From: Mytilus trossulus
Lineage: Eukaryota
Direction: 5' to 3'
Length of the DNA stretch: 64,000 nucleotides
NCBI RefSeq assembly: GCF_036588685.1
Contig: NC_086376.1
Coordinates: 20,088,001 to 20,152,000, forward strand
Below are positions 13,001 to 25,000 of the stretch, one piece after another. Below the pieces are notes generated by a model. The model was not told where the DNA came from and made no database searches. It saw only the letters and a program-made list of their open reading frames with translations. The position numbers and the translations under genes are program-made. Position 1 is the stretch's first letter. Every line of letters starts with the position of its first letter.

Positions 13001-16000
13001 CTTCCGCCACAAATAAAAACTGACCAACACAAAATAGCACAGGCTTCCTCCACCAATAAAAACGGACCAACACAAAATAGCACAAAAGCATTGAAAGTGG
13101 CCTAAAAATACAATTACCCAATCAATCAATAAATCAATCAAAAGGAGTTTTCTGAAATATGAAAATCTGACAGATTTAAGGAAAACTAGTACACAGATTT
13201 GTTGTTGATATTTTTTTATCTAACTAGAACTAACTAATATTATCATTGTTTAGGCAGAGAAGCTTCTGGATCAGATAGAAAGAACAAAAGCTTAGGAAAA
13301 AAATTAACATGAATGGTATTGTTCTTTATTAGGCAGATAAACTTCTGGAGGAATTTGAGAACACCAGAGATTTGAGTAAAACCATCGTTCACATTGATAT
13401 GGATGCATTCTATGCAGCAGTTGAGATGAAAGACAACCCAGCACTGAAAGATAAACCAATGGCTGTCGGTGGCATGTCTATGTTGGTTGGTAACTTTATT
13501 CTCTTAGTCTGAAGCGTCAAAAATAGAAAAATGTAATATTAAGTATCATTATCAATGGCATTATAAATGATATTGAATAAATGCAATATAAAACAAAAAC
13601 AAAAATATACAGAACATTTACAAATGGCAAAAAAATAATAATGTAAAGTTGTTCTAGCAATTTTTGTAGTGTCGGAGAGAAAACAAGCACTTTTAACATT
13701 TCCAGTTAAAAAAAAAGATTTCATGTCTCCTTTATTTTGTTTGTTTGATATGAAACTAAAGAGAGAAAAAAACATTTGTTTAGAGCTTGAAATCTGACAG
13801 GAAAAAAACATTTAAAAAAAAATCAAATAATACACACCATATAAAAATAACATTCTATTTTGCCACTACCTAGTTAGACCGTTTTACAGTTTTACCATTT
13901 CCCATACCTAACTATGTATGTGTCATTGCAGTCCACTTCTAACTACCATGCAAGGAAGTTTGGAGTGAGGGCAGCCATGCCAGGTTTTATTGGTAAAAAG
14001 TTGTGTCCAGAACTTATTATTGTACCAACACACTTTGATAGATACACGGACATCAGTAAGCAAGTACGAGAAGTGTTGGCGGAATATGATCCAAATTTCT
14101 CTCCAATGAGTTTAGATGAAGCCTACTTAGATATGACCGAGCATTTTGAGAAGCGATTTCATCTGTCAGAATATGAAAGGACAGTTGTATGCAGAAAAAC
14201 AGACGGTTGCAGTAAAACTTTATGTAATTGTGATTTAAACCTGAAATTAAAAGCCTTACTATTGTATAATGAACTTAGTAAACATAACAGCTCTCCGTCA
14301 AATGATACTGCAGGTGAAACTGAACTTAAAAGTGAAAAACAGTCAACAACAATGTGTCCTCTTTGTGGCCGACCTTATCCAGAGTATGACCTTGTGGCCT
14401 TTGGCATGTCACCTGATGATTCTGTGAATGAGATGAGAGCAAAAATAGAGCAGAAAACTGGTTTGACAGCCAGTGCAGGTGAATAGCATAAGTTTTTAAG
14501 TGATAAGTGTTTGTCATTACGTAAAATTGTAATTGAAATCTGTAGTAGCAAAACTATAGTCAAGTTATTAAAAGATATATACTGTGGATTCATCATTATT
14601 CGTTGGATACCAATTTTAATTGGATTCATGGGAACAGGTGAAGAACAAATTTAAATGATCAATTAACTATTAATTTTCTTTATGCTTTGTATGCAGAAAT
14701 TGACAAAACCATGAAATTTTTTATCCACGAAAAATGTTTAGTTTTCCTCTATCCACGAAAATGTAAGTTTTCCTCAATCCACGAAAATTAGTACCCATAA
14801 AAATAAATGAATCCACAGAAGTAATTTTTATTAAAATTTGAGGTCTGTTTGCAGAATGTTTTGCAACACATATTTAATCTCAGGATAAAATTTGATGATA
14901 CCAATATCAACATAATAGCTAAAGGACAAGGTTCACTTATGGCACAAAGTGGGCTAAATTATTAACTTTATCATAAAACACCAAAAAGGTCTCAATTTGG
15001 TTCGTAAATGGATCAATTGCAAAAGTCTAAATGCTAAATATATCAGTTCTTTTCATAAAAATTCTGCCCTGAAATTTTCAGATGAATTGAACAATCAGTT
15101 GTTGGGTTGTTGCGGTCCGATTGGTAATTTTAAACAAGTTTTGCTGTTTTTGGTTATTATCTTAAATACTATCATAGATAGAGATAAACTGTAAACAGCA
15201 ATAATGTTCAGCAAAGTAAGATCTACAAATAAGTCAACATGTGACCCCTTAAGGAGTTATTGCCCTTTATAGTCAATTTTTAACAATTTTCATTAATTTG
15301 GAATTTTTAAAATAATTTCCTCAGTTACTTATGGTCAAAATTCAATACAGATAGACATAAGTAGCAAGAACGTTCAGTAAAGTAAGAACTTCAAACACAT
15401 ATTACCATCACCAAAACACAAGTTTGTCATGAATCCATCTGTGTCCTTTGTTTAATATGCACATAGACCAAGGTAAGCGACACAGGCTCTTTAGAGCCTC
15501 TAGTTCAAGAATAAGGGATGATAAAAATTGGTATTCATCTTCATATATACTAAATACATTTTTATTCTGTATTGTATAGGTATTGCACCAAATACGATGT
15601 TGGCTAAAGTTTGTTCTGATAAAAACAAGCCAAATGGTCAGTACAGAATATTACCTAATAGAGACACAGTTATGGAATTTATTACAGATCTACCAACAAG
15701 GAAGGTAAATATAGATCATTTCTTGTCAATATTTTGTAATATCTGTAGATAAAATTGAGAATGGAAATAGGGAATGTGTCAAAGAGACAACAACCTGACC
15801 AAATAAAAAAACAACAGCAGAAGGTCACCAACAGGTCTTCAATGTAGCGAGAAATTCCCGCACCCTGATTTGTCCTTCAGCTGGCCCCTAAACAAATATA
15901 TACTAGTTCAGTGATAATGAACGCCATACTAATTTCCAAATTTTACACAAGAAACTTAAATTAAAATAATACAAGACTAACAAAGGCCAGGTGCTCCTGA

Positions 16001-19000
16001 CTTGGGACAGGCGCAAAAATGCGGTGGGGTTAAACATGTTTGTGAGATCTCAACCCTCCCCCTATACCTCTAACTAATGTAGAAAAGTAAACGCATAACA
16101 ATACGCACATTAAAATTCAGTTCAAGAGAAGTCCGAGTCTGATGTCAGAAGATGTAACCAAAGAAAATAAACAAAATGACAATAATACATAAATAACAAC
16201 AGACTACTAGTAGTTAACTGACATGCCAGCTCCAGACTTCAATTAAACTGACTGAAAGATTATGATTTCATCATATGAGATGTCTTCCCTTGATTTTTCT
16301 ACTGCGTGTCCTATTAGAATTTAAAGAAGTTTACATGGTTAAATTTATTATGCCCCCAACTTGGGGAATGGGGCACTAAGTTAGACCCATTACTGTCCAT
16401 AAGTACATACTTAAGTTGGTACATCTTCCTTTACTTTAGTTACGGGTCAATTTTTCCATTCTAGAGTTATGCCTCTTTACAATTGTGAAAATTGCTGAAT
16501 TTTTTCGTTTCTGTTCTTTATCTTGACTTTACCTAGGCTAAACATTATGAATCCTTTTCAAAATGTTTTTTACAACAATACAGAGATTCAGTTAGAAAAT
16601 TGATATAGATTGATTGTTAGGTGTGCATTTCTTTCTGCCATGGCTCATCTGATCTTTGACACATTTATATGGTTCTTTTGTCTTCCTTATTAATAAGAAC
16701 ACTTCCAACATATTTAGTGAGATGTCATCAACAGTCTGAGAAATACATATCCTTGTTTTTTTTTATATTTTCAGATAAGTGGTATTGGTAAAGTGAGTGA
16801 GACCATGCTTAATGCCCTAGGTGTTTACACATGTAAAGATTTGTATGAGCAGAGGGCACTGCTATATCACTTGTACTCATCAATATCATTTAACTACTTT
16901 ATGAGAATATGTCTGGGTATAGGCTCTACATTTGTTGAAAGGTAATATTAATTTTGCAAAAAAAGTCACAGTTGTTTTGTTACTTAAACTTGTTCATAAT
17001 TCAAAGTCCCAGTTGTAGAATTCAGATTTGTTAGAAATTTCCTATATTGTCAGGTTATAGAGTTCTTATTATCTAGCAAAATAAATATCTGACTAAATTT
17101 TAATTTAAACAAATGTTTTTTCTATGGTCGGGTTGTTGTCTCTTTGACACATTCCCAATTTCCATTTTCAATTTTATTTATTAGATTGACTTATTGTTTT
17201 TTCCAAGTAGATGGTTGGAAATAAATGAAAATTATTAGTCTATTTCAAAATATAACTCCAAACTTATGTGTATTCTTGAACCAATGTGTACGTGCAGTGT
17301 TGTGATTTGGCGTTTTACACAAGTATGGGAAATACTGTGTTAAATTACTGCCTGAGTCAAACCAAAGACTTCCAATTGCTATTCCTGCCTCTCCACTAAC
17401 TATGCAGCATCAATGAGTAAGAGCAAAGTGAATGTTTCTAAATAGGGTTACAGGTTTATCTTTTTTATTTATGCCTTTTGAGGTAGCACATTGACTATCA
17501 AAATGAAATATTTTAAATGATATGTATTGTTTATTTCAGGGACAGTGAAAGAAAAAGCATTAGTACTGAAAGGTTAGTACACATTATTTGAATAGCATGA
17601 ACACTTTATGATAATATTGTAAATTAAGTCTGATGAAGTCCGCCTCCAGGCATTGGTGGCCTTAGGATGTTTCTTCTCTTTGTTTGGGTTGCTCTCTCTT
17701 TAGCACGTTCCCTGGTGTTATATGGTATTTTGAACCCCCTAAAAAGTTAACCCTGGGTCAAAATACAATGCTGTAAATTGACTCCGGGTCATTATACTGT
17801 CTGGTATTTTGAACAAAATCTACATATCCCTCTATGTCTCTTTAGTGTATACTTCTTCACTTTGCACATTCTGTAACTGTAAATTCCAAAATTAATAGGT
17901 GCTTTTACTATTATTGAAAATCACTGGTGGAAATGTTTTGATCTTATCAATGTAATTTACAAAGAAAATGTGAAAGATAATCACTCTTTGCATTCATGAA
18001 TGCCAGATTTAATTATTGTGAACCTGATACTAATATATTTTTTTCTCATTCATTACAACATCACAATAACACTGTACATACCTGCCAACTTTTGAAAATG
18101 CCCATGGGGGTTTTAGCGCGTGACAACAATTTCAAAGGTAACAATTCTTTGCGACGACTATTTTGCGCGTGCTGTTTTGTGGTCTAGAAAAAGTGACATA
18201 TTTGTAAGATGAGCTAACATGCCTTTTTCTAAGTTTATTTGCATGATTATGGTTATAATATCAGCAGAAAATATGAACAAGAAGCTGTAAGACCAGGAAT
18301 TATTTTTATGTGCAAGGATACAAATAGTTGTTGACTTTTACAATTCAAAATTATACACAAAGAAGGACCTTTATCAGGTTGGTAATAACACCTATGGATA
18401 CCCCCTCAATGTAAGGACATTAAAAACCACTTTTTAGTACAGATGAGCACGCATTCACATTATTTGAAGAAACTTTTCCCAAAGAACTATAAATCTTATG
18501 CTCTATCTGGTATTATATGGTCAACACATGAATTTAGATATGGGACAATACCCCTAATGCGCCTTGAAATGAGGAACACAAAAGTCACGTGTAAACAAAA
18601 AATCTCTGTGTAGTGATATTTGACACATTTCTATGATAAACAAATAACTGAGCTGAACCATTAGTGTTAATTTAGAAAATAAGGGAACACAGAATAAATG
18701 TGTAAAAACCATGGAGCTATGAAATGTGTTCAAAGTATTAAAATTTCAAAGAACTTATTGTGTTAAAATTGGGATTTTTTACCATGAGGAGCGACATCGC
18801 AAAAGGATACTCGGGGTTTGCTAAATTACGGAAAAATGAATCACACTTCGTACCCCGAAAATTTAACCACATATGTAAAAATGTCTCAGCTTCGAAACAA
18901 GCCATCATACATATACAAGTTTACGATATGGGCTGAGCAACAGAAGAAAACGTTACCATTACGGCCTATGGAATAACAATTGCGCATATTGCCCCATCTT

Positions 19001-22000
19001 GTGAGAAAGAATCCAGAGATGTCTTAAGCTAATTTCACCTTGTACACCACAGAAAATTGTTAAAATGATGGTTAGTAGTTTTTTATTTATACCTAGTTAT
19101 CATAAATGATTTCAGATAAATATTATTGATAAAGAACAGCAAAAATTCAATAAAATTTTCACTTTTAAATGCATTACTGGCACGGGGCTGAACACTTTTT
19201 TTAGGCACAGTCATAACTTTGTTTACCCCCCGAGAGATCCGAAATGAATTGTTTATTCAATTGAAAAAGGCAAGAAAAAACTTACATGTAATATAAATAA
19301 ATTGTAAGTAAACATGACACAATATAGTCTTTATTATGCAATTATCACTCTGGTCTACAGGAATAGCTTATAATCAAGGGAGATAACACACTTCACACGA
19401 GTAAAGTGAGATACATCATACATGTGCTTTTATCCAATGATTTGACCCTGGTCAGTAGATATCATATGCAAATAAACAGAAAAAAAACATGTACATGTAA
19501 ATCACAAATTACTATTGTTAATGCACACGAGCAAAACACAAGATATTGTCATTTCTCAGTGAAAAAGGGGGAGGGTCAAACCTTCTTGAACACAATATTG
19601 CTATTCAACTACATGTATTAAGCTAGTTAGCTACTACTCATTGCTTCTAATATAAACAGTTTAAATGAAGGTGGCTAAGCCACAAGGGAGAAGCATTTTT
19701 CTTTCTTTGTGATAAAATTTTCAAGAATTAGATTTTTCTCTCTCAATAATACTTATGTATTTAAATTAAATGATAACACAGTTTGAGTTATTTTTTTTTG
19801 TCTTATTTCAGTTCCAGACATATCATTACTTTTAAATATGAGATGACAAACTAAAGGTTTTAAAAAGTCCTGAATAACTGGTAAGCATTTTGATTTATTA
19901 GGTAAGCTCTAAATTATTTATTTATGGTATTTGTGCAAATGAAATTACAGTCGGTATGTTAAAAATATGCTTATATGAAAACTGTTGCTATGGTCTTGCT
20001 ATTAAATGAAAAGGCTTGGTTACTGGTCTTTTCGACTCAACATTTCGAGTTAAATCTTGCGTCAACTGATTCTCATGTAACACTGCAAACTCTATTTAGC
20101 ACTATTTTGATCTGTCATTATTTAATGACGCCATAATATGTGTGATGTCACAATGTTTCCTTTAATACCTCATGTGGATTTCTCACTGATAAAGGGTTTT
20201 CACTGAAATACATGTAAAAAGCCTTTTTTTCTCAAATAGAATTATGTGAATGGACAAGTTTTGAAAATTTGCACTTCATTGCATTCTAATTACATGATAA
20301 GAATGACTTTCCCAGTAGTTTTGAGGGGTTTCCACAGCATTATATACCAGATGTCCACTAGTAAGAATAGTTATTTTGCTGGGTTTTTTTTTATGAAATC
20401 TACATTTTTGCATAATTTCTCTGTCAAAATGCACTTTAAGACACAAGAAAATGTTATAGAATGCTTTAATAGGGTCTGTGTATTGTTATTTAGGGTTATC
20501 ATCAGAAGTTTTGTCCTTGTTTTGACTAGTAAAGGTATACTGGAAGAAATTAATTATACATGCACGTTGTATTAAAAATAAATGAATATAGCGATAAATG
20601 TGTCATTGCCATATAGTGCTGAAATGACTTTATTTTTTTTCAGAAATGGACAAAAATACACAGATTTATTCAGAATGTCATACCGATGAAGATCACCTAA
20701 AAATATTTGGAAAAATCAGAACTATGGATTTCAATATGGGACAATACCCCTAATGCGCCTTGAAATGAGGAACACAAAAGTCATGTGTAAACAAAAAATC
20801 TCTGTGTAGTGATATTTGACACATTTCTATGATAAACAAATAACTGAGCTGAACCATTAGTGTTAATTTAGAAAATAAGGGAACACAGAATAAATGTGTA
20901 AAAACCATGGAGCTATGAAATGTGTTCAAAGTATTAAAATTTCAAAGAACTTATTGTGTTAAAATTGGGATTTTTTACCATGAGGAGCGACATCGCAAAA
21001 GGATACTCGGGGTTTGCTAAATTACGGAAAAATGAATCACACTTCGTACCCCGAAAATTTAACCACATATGTAAAAATGTCTCAGCTTCGAAACAAGCCA
21101 TCATACATATACAAGTTTACGATATGGGCTGAGCAACAGAAGAAAACGTTACCATTACGGCCTATGGAATAACAATTGCGCATATTGCCCCATATGTTCT
21201 TTGCCTTATATCTTCTTTATAATTCAAAATAATAGGACCCTTCATTTAGAAAAGCTGTTCCAAATATAATGTCTGAATTTCCCATTTTTAAGTTAATAAA
21301 TCTTCATTTTTCTATTTTATTAATTTTTACAAGAGTGACCCCTTGACTAAGGGTAGTCCTTCATTTAAGTGATTCCTCATATTGATGTTGAGGGGGGGAT
21401 TCATGTGAAAAATAATGAATAGTACATTATACTTTAAATGATTAAATATTATGTTACAGCAAGTGTAATGTCAATAAATTTATTAGTGAATAAACTACTA
21501 TTTATTATCTTCATGGTAGTACTCCATCATTGAAATTTGTCAATCAGCCATGCTTTTATTCTTATTCTGTTTAAGAACCTCCTTGCAGTTGAAAAATCAT
21601 TTGCCATGTTCACGTTTTTGCTATTCTGACCACCAACAAACAGAAGAATACAACACAAGTTCAATATCTAGCATGTAAGAATAATCTTGAGAGAAAACGT
21701 TTTTGATTGGCTGATTAATTTGATCATGAGAAAAATACAATTTGATTGGCTGAACACAATTGTCCGCCATTGGACACAGTTCAAAATCGGGAACAACAAA
21801 ATTTTTCATGTAGATTTTCACCAAATCATGTTTTAGAGGGTTTTTCAGGAACACGATCGTGCAATCGTGACAAAGGGTCAAAATCGTGTAGTACACGCCT
21901 AAATCGTGAAAGTTGGCAGGTATGACTGTATTTAATACAGTATAAGTTTACCTACTGGTTCTTTAAATAAATGTCCTAGCATGCCTTGAGATTGTTGCCT

Positions 22001-25000
22001 GTTGTTTCATGTGTATTTTCCAGTTCTTCATTTCTTGTTCTCCATGTAATATCATTATTCAATTAACAGTTTATCAATCTTATCAGAACCAAAGTATTGA
22101 TTAAAAGTTTCACATAAACTTAAGAAAACAGTTGAGTTATATAGGAAATCAGTACTATTTATTTCAAAGTATATTCAATGAGGTAGGTAAACCAGTTGAG
22201 TTATATGAGGGTGGTAAAGGGTTATTTTCGTGCAACATGTTTTTACTTTTTTATTTGATGTTCAGTCATGCAAGATCGGTGCCTCTTTCAACGTGTTCTG
22301 CTTATTTAATTTTATGTGCATCTTGATTTTCAAAGACTTATTTTGTGTGCTCTGTATTTTTCAAATAAAATTCAAACACTTGGCAGGGATCGTCAAGAAA
22401 TACTTTTTTAAAAGCTGTAAACCAATTATATCATAAATGTGTATACTAAATCGAGTATATCAAGTAGAACAAAGAAATAATATATAAAAGAAGACAGTGA
22501 CTCAGTCACAAAAGGTTCACATAAAAGTATTTATTTTTCGTGCAATGTTCGTTACAGAAAATATTGCATGTTCAACGTGAAATTATTCTTATTTCACCTT
22601 TTTTTCGTGCAAGCACCCCCCTTCACCATCCTCTTATATGGTTCATCAGTATTATATTTTTTTACAGAACATTCAATGAGATCAGTAAACCAGTAGAGTT
22701 ATACAGTAAATGTGAAGAACTGAGTGAAGCCTTGTCTGAAGATTTAAAAGATGAAGAGTTAAAGGTCAATTCATAATTATTTGTTAACATAGATGAATAA
22801 AAGTAGATATTGGGTTAAGTTCAATGAGACAGCAACCACACAACACGAGGTAAACAGAACAGATATGAGTCTCCAATAATGAACAAGTGTCAAAACTAAA
22901 TGGGAAACGCAAAATCTGCAATTCCTTAGATAGAGATTATCAAAAGCATAATGCAAATACACAAATTTTGAAAGATTTACAAAAAATAGAGACCATATAA
23001 TACAATGGTACCTTTCTTTTGACAGGCATGTGTTTATAATGTTTGAATTACTCACAATGGTTTATAAACAGTCATATTTCAAAGTTATGGCAAAAAACTG
23101 GACATAAATGACTTAGATCTCAGACATTCAGAACGATGAAGATTGATGATTGTGTCACTATAAAATTGGCCAATGACTTATGATACAATTTTTTTTTAGT
23201 TTAAACATATTTATTTATAGTGGATTGGGAAACAAGTTTTGCAGCTTATATTAATCCCTTTCCACTTTGCGGGTGCAAGTGCTGCAGTATAGAGCTGCAT
23301 TAGTTTGCTCTTTTTCAAAACCTACATTGCTACAAATGACACAACTATCAACCATTCCATCACAAAAAAGATTGCAAACACACACACAATTGAACTTTGC
23401 CATTATTTCTGCTTTACAGCTTTTACAAATGCATTCCTGTCAACCTGTGACGATGAAAATGCAGGTCATGACCTGCATTGAAGAATCAAATCTCAGGTCA
23501 TAGCGCGTACGAACTTTTTCGAGCTGAATTTTAGTATTTATGGTACATTTTCTTATAATGTATATCGAAGATACCAAATTATCAATGCATGTTCACTTGG
23601 TTAGGTCATATTAAATCTTATTAAGTATTATTTCATTGCACTTTTAAAGATTTTTATAAATTTGTGTGACACATGTTCTTTACTTTTTGTCATCATCAAA
23701 TTCCAGAATTTATTTTTCATATGTAATTTGGCTATAAACATACCAATTTAATTGAGATGGAAATTAGACTATGATAAAATATAGTAATACAGTTAAAGGA
23801 AGTATAAATGTAAAAAATAATTTTCAACTTTTTTTCAAAAATTGTATAAAGGTATAAAAATAATGAAAAGTTATTTTTCAATATGTATTTGAATTTTATA
23901 TTTTTATGATTTAATCTTTTTCACCCATAAAACGTAAATATAAGGAATAATTTTTAATGGTGACAAATTAGGGGAAGTAACTAGTTGAAATATGTTTGTA
24001 AACCAATAGGCAACTGATAGTGCAATTTATTTACGACCTAAAGCTAAGGTAATTGGTGTTAATTAACAGTGTGTTTGACACCGAAGCTGTCAAGTGAAGC
24101 CATGCACTTATTGGGTCACTTAATTTGACAGTTTACATAGCTAGATGAACTTCCTGTTCATGGAAAAATTACGAATTTGCCTGTATTTTAATTTGAAAAG
24201 AATATTACTTATGAAATAAATCTCAAGGCTAAGAAATACGGGTAAAATCGGGTCATTTTCGGAATTCCCGGGTTATTTCAATGACCCAGCGGGTGTCCCG
24301 GGTGATCCCTCAGAATTGTGAAAATCTCGGGTCACACCCGCAGAATACGGGTCAGTTGACAGGTATGACAAATGATGCAAATCAAGTAAACATTTTAGAC
24401 ACTAAAGTTTTTTATAAAATTGATTTTGTGAAAACTCTGTCCTCTGCCTTGAAACAAATGTTTTCTTTTATCAATTTGTAGGGTAAAACAGTTTCTATAA
24501 AGATAAAGACAGTTGAATTTGAAGTGAAGACAAGAGCACACACTTTAAAAGACTACACAAGTGATAGTGATTTAATTTATGCTGCAGCAAAGGAGTTACT
24601 GAGGGTTGAAATACAGGCTATAGCACCTAACCCTCTTAGGTTAAGACTTATGGGTAATATATGTTATTTATAGAGTACAATACAAAGTGTAGCATCTAAA
24701 CCTCTCAGGCTTAGACTTATGGGTAATATAGACTTATGGGTAATATATGTTATTTATAGAGTACAATACAAAATGTAGCATCTTAAAACCTATCAGGCTT
24801 AGATATTTTACAAGTATACATGTATTGATCCTGTAGAAATATAATGTGTTGCACTTAAGCTCCTCATTATTTTAATGTTCATATAGTAGAAATATAGCCA
24901 AACTACCTATAACATGTATAAAACAAACTTTTGATATATTTATGGACTGTTGCAAAAACATCTTTGAAATCTCTTACACAAGAAGTTTCATTTGTTTATT

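Larger units (their letters stand above)
18077..21924. mobile_element. 3.8-kb non-autonomous TIR element (CAT...ATG ends, P/hAT-like)
   Basis: CATACCTGCCAACTTT / AAAGTTGGCAGGTATG; 6-bp TSD ACTGTA. Confidence 0.8.
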
